Part shown: one piece after another, positions 39,320-47,766 of the stretch | Numbering within the stretch: position 1 is the first letter of the stretch | Layout of the letters: each line of letters begins with the position of its first letter | Source of the DNA: an uncultured Christensenella sp. | Lineage (GTDB): Bacteria; Bacillota; Clostridia; Christensenellales; UBA3700 | Length of the DNA stretch: 64,000 nt | NCBI GenBank assembly: GCA_910583995.1 | Contig: CAJTYW010000006.1 | Location: 17,989-81,988 of the forward strand | Reading direction: 5' to 3' | Made by a program: the position numbers and the translations under genes | The notes under the pieces: generated by a model | Databases searched by the model: none | What the model was told of the DNA's origin: nothing | Seen by the model: the letters and a program-made list of their open reading frames with translations, nothing else

Positions 39320-40198
39320 TTATTTTTCTACGTTTTCAATTTTATCTTTTATTTCTTTAAATTTAATAGTTCTGTCTTTATTATCAAGTTCTAAAAAAGC
39401 TAATAATATCATTTGATAAAGTTCATCATACCATTCTTCTAGTTCTTCATCCTTCATTTCTGCAACAACTTTTTTGAAATGTTTATTGTTACTTTCGTCA
39501 ATATTGTTATGTCTCAAATTAAAATTATTTAGCATATAAAAAATATTTGTTGTTGATTCTTTATTAACTAGATTTAATGTATCTCTTTTAGCTTCAAGTT
39601 CATTACCAAATCTCAATAATATTTTCTTTTTTGTAGCCAAATCACCTTTTAGCGTATGATGATTATACTTTAAAACTTCCATTGATAAGTCGTCATCTAC
39701 AATTTCTGCAACTGCTGTAACTTCTGGCTTATCTTCAATGACCAAAACTTGTTCTTTTTCCTTATCGTAAATAGCTTGATAATTAAGTCTAGCTAAAATG
39801 TCTTGCATTAAATCAAATAAATGATAAAAATTATTTTTAAAACCAAAGTTTACACAAGTTATTTTTGATTTGTTTTCTGCTAATTTCCAAAAATTAAAAA
39901 CCATTTCTATAATTATCAAGCTTTCATTAACACTATCAATGCAATTTTTAATATTAAATAATAATTCTTTATATCCAATAGTACTTAGAAAATCATCAAC
40001 ATCTAAGCAATGTCCTCTACTTTTCCAAGTTGAGAAACAAAACTCTTCAACAAAATCTTTTAAAGACATATCTCTTGTATAAAGCACTTCATTGCAAGCA
40101 CAAATTTTATCTTCAGAAAACAATCGAATTATTCTATCAATATCATTTTTTATATTTGAATTGTCTCTTACTATTTCAAAAATATTCTTTCTTCCCAT
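39320..40198 (-). CDS. hypothetical protein (292 aa), no recognised domain
   Basis: Long ORF 13 nt after the 77-aa gene, predicted soluble, with an acidic/helical C-terminus. Its stop is 7 nt from the conservatively delimited DUF4391 remnant (39243-39312), and the weaker homology may reach about 39318. Confidence 0.6.
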   Translation of the reverse strand: MGRKNIFEIVRDNSNIKNDIDRIIRLFSEDKICACNEVLYTRDMSLKDFVEEFCFSTWKSRGHCLDVDDFLSTIGYKELLFNIKNCIDSVNESLIIIEMVFNFWKLAENKSKITCVNFGFKNNFYHLFDLMQDILARLNYQAIYDKEKEQVLVIEDKPEVTAVAEIVDDDLSMEVLKYNHHTLKGDLATKKKILLRFGNELEAKRDTLNLVNKESTTNIFYMLNNFNLRHNNIDESNNKHFKKVVAEMKDEELEEWYDELYQMILLAFLELDNKDRTIKFKEIKDKIENVEK

Positions 40199-40211
40199 AT
40201 CTTTCTATACC

Positions 40212-40445
40212 TTAATTTTTTTCTCTCTCAATTTTACTTACACCACTTAAATCTATTGTCTTTTTAACATAGTTTGTTTTTACACCATTAAAATGTTGTT
40301 CTTTTTGCAATTGTTGTTTATTAAGAGATTTTATATCGTATTTTGAATAGTTAACTTTAAATGTTAATTTATTTATTAATAAATATACAATGCTTGATAA
40401 AAATGCTAGCACTGCTAATATTACAAATGTTTCAAAAATTTTCAT
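40212..40445 (-). CDS. small single-pass membrane protein (77 aa)
   Basis: AAGGAAGGA SD, an N-terminal TM helix (FVILAVLAFLSSIVYLLI) and a basic tail. Confidence 0.5.
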   Translation of the reverse strand: MKIFETFVILAVLAFLSSIVYLLINKLTFKVNYSKYDIKSLNKQQLQKEQHFNGVKTNYVKKTIDLSGVSKIEREKN

Positions 40446-40542
40446 AATAATTCCTTCCTTTTTTTAATTATCTAACATTTATAAACTTTTTTTGTCATTT
40501 TAATTTTATAATTTAATTCCATTCTTATATTTAAAATAATTT

Positions 40543-41379
40543 TTACTCTTCTAATTTTTTAGGGGTTGTATCTAGTAATATTTTATTTGTAGCATTTGCA
40601 TTTGATATTACTTTTGTGCCTGTTGCTTTTTCAAACTCTTCCTTAGCACTATTTGAAACATTTCCGCCACGCCTTGCCACACTTTTACTTTCATCAAATG
40701 TTTGTGGTTTTTCTTGTTGTGATAATGTTTTTGTTGTAAGTTCTGCAAGTTGATTAATAGTAAGTTCTATATCTGTCATATTATCTCTAAGACTTTCCTT
40801 TTTTAAGTTTTTAAGGCTTTTATATTCCTTAACACTCAATCCACTCCAAGCCTTTGTAAGTTCGTTTGTAAGAATGGCATAATCACTTTCTTTTTCAATT
40901 CCACGCTCTTTCCATTCGTCAGTAAGTTCTTTGCGTATTTTGATAGATAAAAGTCTTTGAGTTATCCATTCTGGAGAATAGCCTTTTGCACGATAAAAAT
41001 CAGCACCTCTTTGCATTGCTTTTTCTGGGTCGGCAATTTCATCAAGTCTGTCGCTTCCAACATCCGCAAGCCAAAGTTTAAAAGGTTCAGCTTTTGGAGA
41101 AGGAATAGATTGAACAAGGCGTAAAATACCTTTTGTATTTAAAACATCTTGCTTATAAAATTTGCCATCTGCTGATTGCAATTTCAGTTGACTACAATTT
41201 GTAGTCAACTCACTGCCTTCACTTTTTAATCTTGTTTTTAGAACACTCCAATATTTTCTTGGATTTGCACTATCTGTAAGTATTGCAACAACATCCACAA
41301 CAGAAAAATACCAATCTTCCTCTTGCTCATTCCACTGCGTTCTTATTTTTCTATCTTCAAAAACTTTAATGTTTGACAT
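40543..41379 (-). CDS. Bro-N domain protein (phage antirepressor/DinD-like family)
   Basis: 278 aa with GAGGT SD. The N-terminus IKVFEDRKIRTQWNEQEEDWYFSVVDVVAILT...ILRLVQSIPSPKAEPFKLWLA matches the Bro-N fold pattern. The C-terminal helical region is as in stand-alone Bro-N proteins. Confidence 0.7.
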   Translation of the reverse strand: MSNIKVFEDRKIRTQWNEQEEDWYFSVVDVVAILTDSANPRKYWSVLKTRLKSEGSELTTNCSQLKLQSADGKFYKQDVLNTKGILRLVQSIPSPKAEPFKLWLADVGSDRLDEIADPEKAMQRGADFYRAKGYSPEWITQRLLSIKIRKELTDEWKERGIEKESDYAILTNELTKAWSGLSVKEYKSLKNLKKESLRDNMTDIELTINQLAELTTKTLSQQEKPQTFDESKSVARRGGNVSNSAKEEFEKATGTKVISNANATNKILLDTTPKKLEE

Positions 41380-41399
41380 TAAACTTTACCTCAATTGCA

Positions 41400-41431
41400 G
41401 TTGCCGATGAATTCTCGGCAACTTATTTTTT
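41400..41431 (+). terminator. terminator-like hairpin oriented against the operon
   Basis: GTTGCCGA (41400-41407) pairs with TCGGCAAC (41415-41422), followed on the plus strand by TTATTTTTT. On the minus (coding) strand no U-tract follows. Confidence 0.4.
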
Positions 41432-42065
41432 AATTTTCCAACATTTGCAAATCTTTTTTCATTTGTCGTACTCTATCGTTCAACTCAATCTTTTTATTTG
41501 GTTGTCTTTCTGCATCACGCATTTTTATTAATTTCTCAATATATGCCTTTTGATTTTTAATTACAGACATTCTGTCAGCATATTGCTCAAAAGTTTCTTC
41601 TTGTCTAAAAGAATATCCTGCCACATTTGTTACCATAAGTTTATAAACATTTTCAAGTTTGGAAGTAATCGGCATATCTTGTTTAGCAACTTTTTTCCAA
41701 TCACTTTCAAAAGTCTTTAACACTTTTATCTTTTCTTCCTGTAAAACTTTTAGTGCTATAACATATTTTATCTCGTAATTAAAGTGCAACCTAAACAATA
41801 TTTGAAAATTGATGAACTTATTCAATGCTTCAAGAAATTTTGTAGGAACTTCGCTTGTATTTAAGTGTATATCCATTATATAAATTTCTTTTACATTAAC
41901 ACTTGCATCAAGTTTTGTTCTATCTTGCGATAATGTGTTAGAAAGCGTAACATCTATCACATTTTTTGCACTGGTTTTTATCTCTTTATCTGCCTTGATT
42001 GTGCGAAATAAATCAAGCATTTTAAATTTTAAATTCACAAAAGTTTGTTCATTATAATTAAACAT
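41430..42065 (-). CDS. DUF4391-like protein
   Basis: 211 aa with AGGAGA SD, 7 nt after the helicase stop. The central VKEIYIMDIHL...FINFQILFRL and the C-terminal ERQPNKKIELNDRVRQMKKDL resemble my recollection of DUF4391 proteins, which accompany SNF2-type helicases and methylases. Confidence 0.6.
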   Translation of the reverse strand: MFNYNEQTFVNLKFKMLDLFRTIKADKEIKTSAKNVIDVTLSNTLSQDRTKLDASVNVKEIYIMDIHLNTSEVPTKFLEALNKFINFQILFRLHFNYEIKYVIALKVLQEEKIKVLKTFESDWKKVAKQDMPITSKLENVYKLMVTNVAGYSFRQEETFEQYADRMSVIKNQKAYIEKLIKMRDAERQPNKKIELNDRVRQMKKDLQMLEN

Positions 42066-42072
42066 AATTCTC

Positions 42073-45000
42073 CTATTTTACTGCTATAAATGCCACAAGT
42101 TCAAAATCATCAAGACCTTTTATTTTGTCTCCACTTAAAACACTGCTACCTTGCTTAAATAGTGCAACAATATCGCTTTGCTCTTTTACTTCAATAATGC
42201 TTTTTATCGCTTCTTCAAGTAGTTCTGAATATTTTTGCATATCAAGCCCGTCATTGGTTTCTTCATTAAATTGCTTATATGCCGATACTATTGGAACATT
42301 TTCCCCTTTGCAAGATGAGCGAATTACATCCAAAATCTGCTTAACTTCTAAGTGGTTATTCACAATTTCGCCTTCGCTATCAACATAAACTAAGTAATAA
42401 GGATGCAATCTGTTTTGTCTATTTATATTGACACTGTTATTGTAATTTTTAATGATATAAATTACACCCGGCACAATGCCTTTTGCGTTATCGGCTGGGA
42501 CAACACAATGCAAGCCTTTTGGCACTCTTTTTGGCTCGCCATAAGTTTTAATAAACTCTGTGGCATCCATTCTAAATTCGTTAAGTCCAAGGTCGGAAAT
42601 GGAAATGCCATTGTTTGTATCTTCGAGTTCAATGTTTTCGCCTTCACGAAGTTTTTTGATTTGAATCTCACGGTAATCGTCCATTTGGTCATCTGGATTT
42701 AACAAATTATCGTCAGCAGTTGCAGTTTGATCCACAATAGCCATTCTACTTTTTACTCTATCAGTTAAGTTGATATATTCATTTAGTGGTAAAGGTGGCC
42801 AAAAGTTTATAAGTTTAATTACTTTATTTTTACTACCTAAACGGTCAATTCGACCGAATCTTTGCACAATTCGTACAGGATTCCAGTGAATATCGTAGTT
42901 AATACACAGGTCACAGTCTTGCAAGTTTTGACCTTCGGAGATACAGTCGGTGGCAATTAGCACATCAATGTCCTTAAAGCAATCATCATATTCGTGCTTA
43001 TCTATTTTTGTACTCCATTTTAAGTTTTTGTCATTATACGATTCAATAGTTTTATGTATCCAACCAAAAGTTTCTTCTCTATGTTTACTCACTGGACTAA
43101 ACATTGTAAGCAACCAATTTGTCTTCTTTGGGCAATGTTTAAGTGTTACTTTGTTGGATTGTCCTTCAATCATAGCTGTTTCAATGCCATATTTATCTTT
43201 TAAGTATTTGCCTAAATTGTCATACAAATAGCTTGCAGTATCTGCAAAAGCAGAGAATATAAGCACTTTTTTGTTGCCTCTATTCATTGGATTTTTTATT
43301 TTTTCATCAATGATATTTTTAAGTGTATCAAGTTTATAATCGTGTTCCGGTGTTACTTTGTTAAGTTCACTTATCAAACATTCCAAAATCTCAACATCGT
43401 CTTCCATTGCTGCTTTCCACGATAACCTATCAATATCTGCATATTCAATTTCAACTTCTTTACCTTTATCTTTTTTAACAAGATTAAGGCTTCCATCTTC
43501 GTCTTGGTCAAAAATCTCATAATTAAACACTTGCTTAGTTGCTGTTGCATCTGGTCGCATTTGTCCCTTTTCAAACATATCAAGTTTGCGTAGTTCAGAT
43601 CTGTTTAAGTCCAACATCCCTTGCATTGTAAGTCGGAACGCTTGAACACTTGACTCAAGTCGTTTTAGCAAATTTACGGTCATCAATCTTTTTATACCAG
43701 ACGCACGACCACTCCTTGTTAAATTGCTATGTTTGATTTCAACATCATATTTTCTTTCATATTTTGCTTTTTGACTATCTTGCACAAAATCAAACAAACC
43801 ATATACAGCCATACTCATATCTTTTATGGCTTTATATATTTCTTTATATTGTGGAATATCTGTTCTTTTAGTAAGTTCAGGATAATATGATTGAGGTGGC
43901 AATCTGTCAGGAAATTTGCCAATATTGTTGATATTATAATATTTTACAATGTTTTTTCTGCTCCTTGCAATAGTTACACTATCTAGCAGAATTTTAAAAT
44001 CAATACTCAAACCATCTATTAAATCTTTAGTTTTGCGTTGTTCGGCTGGCAACTTGCTCCAATCATTAAATACTGCCTGTGCTTGACGGAAAATTGTTGC
44101 TACATTATATTTTGTGTCAAGACTTTTTTCAAAAGCATCATAGTCTTGGCTATATGCCAAAGCTAACTGATTTTTAAGGTCATTGTATCTATTATTCACA
44201 GGTGTGGCAGAAAGCATCAAAACTTTTGTTTTAACCCCTTCTTTAATAATATGGTTGACTAAAAAGTCATATCTTGTTTCTTTGTCTTTTGCAGGGTTAT
44301 TGTTCCTGAAATTGTGAGACTCATCAATTACAACTAAGTCATAGTTGCCCCAATTTACAAGGCGTAAATCTCTGCCATTATGTGCAGTGCCAACTCTGCC
44401 TAAATCGGTGTGATACAAAACTTCATATCTTATCCTATCTTCGTAAAAAATATTGTTTGTATCGTTACTGCTACCACAATATTGAGTCCAGTTATCACTT
44501 AACCTTTTTGGGCATAGCACTAAAATACTTTTGTTTCTAAGTGAATAATAAGAAATAACAGCAAGAGCCGTAAAAGTTTTACCCAAACCAACGCTGTCAG
44601 CCAAAATACAACCATTATGCTTTTCAAGTTTATTTATAATTGAAATAACACCGTCTTTTTGAAAGTCATATAGAGCATTCCAAATTTTTGTATTTTTAAA
44701 GCCAGTCATTTCATTTGGCATATTGTCTTCGGTTATATCATCAAGGAATTCACTGAATATATTATAAAGAATAACAAAATAAATGAACTCAGGGCTATTT
44801 TCTTGATATGCACTTCCTATCATTTCAACAACTGCATCCGTTATATCTTCAACCTTTGTTTTGTCATTCCAAACTTCATCAAACATTGAAAATAAAAATT
44901 TGCTATGCTCGGCAATATCCGTTTTAGTTATCGCAGTGAAAATATTATTGCTTTGTTGATAACCTAAATCACTAGTTGTAAATCCATCAATAGGGTTATA

Positions 45001-45429
45001 AGTTATAGAAGAACTATCTTTCTTTTCAATACCAATAATGTTAGGTATACCACCAGTTGTTATATTGCTTTTAAATTTTACTTTTTTCTTGACCCATTCG
45101 GCACATTCTTTTGCTATTGCTTTTAATGTCATTTCATTTCTAAGTCTAATCTCAAATTCATTACCATATAAACTATTTTCACGATTTAATTTTGGAATAA
45201 AGAACTCTCGTCTTTCTTTTTTTGTACTATCAGTTAGTTGGTCTTTTGTAAAAGTAGGTGATGTGAATAAAAACTTTAGTTCATCAATTTTTTCAAGTTC
45301 TGCTTTTAACTCCTTGAAAGCATACATGGAAAAGCATGAGGCAGCAATCCTTACCTTTGAACCTTCTTGTAACTCCACTTTCAAATCTTCACCTAACAAC
45401 TTCATCCTATTATCAATAGTCTCAAACAT
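42073..45429 (-). CDS. SNF2-family helicase with N-terminal PLD-like (NgoFVII-like) domain
   Basis: 1118 aa from ATG 45429 (AGAGGAAA SD). The ORF-track start at 45561 lacks an SD. SNF2 motifs are [39 protein letters not shown] and [11 protein letters not shown]. The N-terminal [18 protein letters not shown]...LKFLFTSP resembles the PLD-like domain fused to such helicases (inference). Confidence 0.8.
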   Translation of the reverse strand: MFETIDNRMKLLGEDLKVELQEGSKVRIAASCFSMYAFKELKAELEKIDELKFLFTSPTFTKDQLTDSTKKERREFFIPKLNRENSLYGNEFEIRLRNEMTLKAIAKECAEWVKKKVKFKSNITTGGIPNIIGIEKKDSSSITYNPIDGFTTSDLGYQQSNNIFTAITKTDIAEHSKFLFSMFDEVWNDKTKVEDITDAVVEMIGSAYQENSPEFIYFVILYNIFSEFLDDITEDNMPNEMTGFKNTKIWNALYDFQKDGVISIINKLEKHNGCILADSVGLGKTFTALAVISYYSLRNKSILVLCPKRLSDNWTQYCGSSNDTNNIFYEDRIRYEVLYHTDLGRVGTAHNGRDLRLVNWGNYDLVVIDESHNFRNNNPAKDKETRYDFLVNHIIKEGVKTKVLMLSATPVNNRYNDLKNQLALAYSQDYDAFEKSLDTKYNVATIFRQAQAVFNDWSKLPAEQRKTKDLIDGLSIDFKILLDSVTIARSRKNIVKYYNINNIGKFPDRLPPQSYYPELTKRTDIPQYKEIYKAIKDMSMAVYGLFDFVQDSQKAKYERKYDVEIKHSNLTRSGRASGIKRLMTVNLLKRLESSVQAFRLTMQGMLDLNRSELRKLDMFEKGQMRPDATATKQVFNYEIFDQDEDGSLNLVKKDKGKEVEIEYADIDRLSWKAAMEDDVEILECLISELNKVTPEHDYKLDTLKNIIDEKIKNPMNRGNKKVLIFSAFADTASYLYDNLGKYLKDKYGIETAMIEGQSNKVTLKHCPKKTNWLLTMFSPVSKHREETFGWIHKTIESYNDKNLKWSTKIDKHEYDDCFKDIDVLIATDCISEGQNLQDCDLCINYDIHWNPVRIVQRFGRIDRLGSKNKVIKLINFWPPLPLNEYINLTDRVKSRMAIVDQTATADDNLLNPDDQMDDYREIQIKKLREGENIELEDTNNGISISDLGLNEFRMDATEFIKTYGEPKRVPKGLHCVVPADNAKGIVPGVIYIIKNYNNSVNINRQNRLHPYYLVYVDSEGEIVNNHLEVKQILDVIRSSCKGENVPIVSAYKQFNEETNDGLDMQKYSELLEEAIKSIIEVKEQSDIVALFKQGSSVLSGDKIKGLDDFELVAFIAVK

Positions 45430-45469
45430 ATATTTCCTCTGTAAATCGTATAAAAACCTATTATATTTA

Positions 45470-45498
45470 ATTATAATATAAAAATCAACAAATTTCAA
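45470..45498 (-). promoter_or_regulatory. sigma-A type promoter at the head of the defence island
   Basis: On the minus strand: TTGAAA (45498-45493), a 17-nt spacer, then TATAAT (45475-45470). It lies about 40 nt upstream of the helicase start. Confidence 0.55.
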
Positions 45499-45658
45499 GA
45501 GTTTTGTACAATTATTATAGTCTCGCAACATTTTCATATGTTTATTCAATACCTTTTGCAATATTTAGCTGTAAAATTTTTAATATGTTCTCACAGTCTT
45601 AGATTATATTTAGTTATCTGCTAGGGTCAAGACTTCAAAAGGTTTATGTATTTTTGGT

Positions 45659-45702
45659 AAAAAAATTAAGCATCAAGTAAAATTTATGTTACTGATGCTT
45701 AA
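45659..45702 (-). terminator. intrinsic terminator of the present-day rlmD gene
   Basis: TTAAGCATCA (45666-45675) pairs with TGATGCTTAA (45693-45702), followed on the minus strand by T7. Confidence 0.6.
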
Positions 45703-45739
45703 AATGTGTTATTTTACCCTTATTTTGGTATATTTTTCG

Positions 45740-47089
45740 TTATTTTTTCTCTTTTCGGTCGAGACAAACCAGAGTTTCGATATGGGAAGTGTTTGGGAAC
45801 ATATCATAAGGCTGTAGCAAGGTTATTTGATAATCTTGTTTTAGTATTGCGACATCTCTTGCGAGAGTTGCGGGGTTGCAAGATATGTATATTATTTTGC
45901 TTGGTTTTGCTTTTAGAAGTCCTTCAAGTACTTTTGGGTCACAGCCTTTTCGTGGTGGGTCAAGTATTGTTATAAAGTCTTGGTTATTTAATTGCTCAGC
46001 AAGTTTTGGTAGTTCGACTGCACTATCCCCGCAAATATTGATTATTTTTTTATCAAAACCATTTATTTTGGCAAGCTGGTTTGCATTTGTAACGGCTTGC
46101 GGCACTATTTCAATACCATAAACTTTATCTGCAATACTTGCAATTATATTTGAAAGCACACCGACGCCAGAATAACTATCGACCACGATTTTGCTTTTAC
46201 TTGCACTTACTATATCCTTGACTTTTGTATAAATCATATCGCGAATATAATCATTAATTTGCATAAACGACATAGGATTTACAAAAGTTTTTATATTTAG
46301 GATTTCAGTTTGTATATCCTTATCGCCATACAAATTAAAGGCGTTTGTCATTATCAAATTTGTTTTTTCGGTATTATAAGACACATATAAAGAGAATTTA
46401 ATACCGATTTTTGATAGTTCTTTTACAAAATTTTCTGCATAATTAAACTTTTTACTATTTACTACAATTGTAATGCTTACTATATTATTTAGTTTTCTTA
46501 ATACCAAATGTCTTAGTAATCCTTTATGTTTTTTTTCGTTGTAGCAAGTAAGTTTCAAGTCATTTGCGACCTTTAAAAACGCCGTGGTTATTTTATCACA
46601 CCAACTATCAAGCAAAAAGCATTTTTCTATTTCAACAAAATCGTGAGTCTTTTCCTTATAAAAACCAAGGCAGACTTTACCATTTCTTTCAAACAATGGG
46701 AACTGTGCTTTGTTTCTGTAATAAAAAATGTCTTTTGACGGCACAACTTCATTTATATTTACATCAAGTCCTGCATACTTTTTAAAGCAATTAATTATAT
46801 TTTCTTTTTTAATTTCCAATTGTCTTTGATAATTAATATGTTGCATATCGCAACCACCACATTTTCTAAAATGCGGACATATTGGATTTACTCTATGCTC
46901 CGAAGCTTTTAATAATTTGATAACCTTAGCTTTAGCAAAAGACTTTTTAACAAAAGTTATCTCGCATTTTACTATTTCGCCAACAAGAGTAAAAGGGACG
47001 AAAATAACCATTCCGTCCTGTTTTGCAACGCCTTCTCCGTCCATACCAACGCTTTCAATTGTAAGCTCTAATACATCTCCCTTTTGCAT
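45740..47089 (-). CDS. rlmD: 23S rRNA (uracil-5-)-methyltransferase, RumA/RlmD family
   Basis: 449 aa with an N-terminal TRAM-like domain, the Fe-S cysteines CPHFRKCGGCDMQH, and the catalytic context YISCNPATLARD. Confidence 0.85.
   Translation of the reverse strand: MQKGDVLELTIESVGMDGEGVAKQDGMVIFVPFTLVGEIVKCEITFVKKSFAKAKVIKLLKASEHRVNPICPHFRKCGGCDMQHINYQRQLEIKKENIINCFKKYAGLDVNINEVVPSKDIFYYRNKAQFPLFERNGKVCLGFYKEKTHDFVEIEKCFLLDSWCDKITTAFLKVANDLKLTCYNEKKHKGLLRHLVLRKLNNIVSITIVVNSKKFNYAENFVKELSKIGIKFSLYVSYNTEKTNLIMTNAFNLYGDKDIQTEILNIKTFVNPMSFMQINDYIRDMIYTKVKDIVSASKSKIVVDSYSGVGVLSNIIASIADKVYGIEIVPQAVTNANQLAKINGFDKKIINICGDSAVELPKLAEQLNNQDFITILDPPRKGCDPKVLEGLLKAKPSKIIYISCNPATLARDVAILKQDYQITLLQPYDMFPNTSHIETLVCLDRKEKK
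45762..45785. repeat. right copy of the 24-nt direct repeat, inside the 3' end of rlmD
   Basis: See 25795-25818. This copy encodes HIETLVCL of the intact gene. Confidence 0.6.
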
Positions 47090-47766
47090 AAAACGTCCTT
47101 TAAAATTTCTTCCATTCTTTCTTTTTTGTCACGTGGCATACCCACAATATCTCTTATTTTTGTAACAGTAGTTTTTAACACTAACTTATTTAATGGTGCG
47201 GTCTCATAAAAATCTTCTACTTTATCTTGATAGTTAAGATATGCTTTGGATAAAAACCAAGCTACAGCCATATCAACATAGTAATCGCCGTATTTAATGA
47301 CAAATAACCCGTCAAAAATCGTATCTAAATGTTCATCATCTAAAAAATTCCATAACAAAGATGTTATTGAATACCTGCTCCGCCAACCGCCGTCGTGCAT
47401 CATATTCATAAGATAATTGAAGTAATTTTCACTTTTATTTTTTAATGTAGAGATAACTGTATCATTTGTGAACCAGTTATCATTGACACTCAAAAAATAA
47501 TCTATTGCTTCAAATTTCTTTTCTATATCTATATCTTTATATGCTACTATCAAGCCTAAAACTGTTAGCTCTTCTACCGTTGACGGCTTTAAACCTATAA
47601 ATTCAGACAATGGATATTCTTCCGCCAATTTTATTGCAGCAATTCTTAATTTATCCGTCCTTATACCTTCCATTGGCAAACTTGAACGAACCAGCCTTGC
47701 TTGAAATTTTTTATACTTTGGTTCTCTTAAAGCATCTTGTAATTCTTTAGTAATTATATTGTTCAC
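47068..47766 (-). CDS. DNA alkylation repair (AlkD/AlkC-like HEAT-repeat) protein
   Basis: 232 aa. The helical-repeat sequence style and N-terminus resemble the 'DNA alkylation repair enzyme' family. The assignment is from memory. Confidence 0.55.
   Translation of the reverse strand: MNNIITKELQDALREPKYKKFQARLVRSSLPMEGIRTDKLRIAAIKLAEEYPLSEFIGLKPSTVEELTVLGLIVAYKDIDIEKKFEAIDYFLSVNDNWFTNDTVISTLKNKSENYFNYLMNMMHDGGWRSRYSITSLLWNFLDDEHLDTIFDGLFVIKYGDYYVDMAVAWFLSKAYLNYQDKVEDFYETAPLNKLVLKTTVTKIRDIVGMPRDKKERMEEILKDVLCKREMY

Larger units (their letters stand above)
25795..45785. mobile_element. ~20-kb defence island inserted in the 3' end of rlmD (no recombinase retained)
   Basis: It is bounded by the 24-nt direct repeats. 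All 14 ORFs are on the minus strand with very short gaps. The content is Wadjet plus RM/helicase genes. The host gene tail and terminator are duplicated at the far end. Confidence 0.55.

Noticed and set aside
45038-45481. Plus-strand ORFs of 100-160 aa inside the minus-strand genes (for example 45038-45481, 48877-49353, 48199-48627, 30406-30792, 28117-28503, 6479-6844, 15548-15916, 23398-23760).
   Set aside because: They lie fully antisense to long ORFs that carry clear conserved motifs. They have Leu/Phe/Ser/Ile-rich low-complexity translations typical of shadow frames in AT-rich DNA, and they lack SD sequences.
32684-45561. Classifying the helicase/methylase block as DISARM, BREX or a type I/ISP system.
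   Set aside because: No DUF1998-type DrmA/DrmB pair, PglZ/BrxC/BrxL, HsdS/HsdR or single-polypeptide MTase-helicase fusion is present. Mod and Res carry classic type III motif order and the DEPQ helicase motif.
45430-45561. ORF-track start (45561) of the SNF2 helicase and the alternative-codon start (24165) of the AraC gene.
   Set aside because: Neither has an SD. Internal ATGs at 45429 and 24210 are preceded by AGAGGAAA and AAGGAG at proper spacing. For the helicase, the predicted promoter would lie inside the extended ORF.
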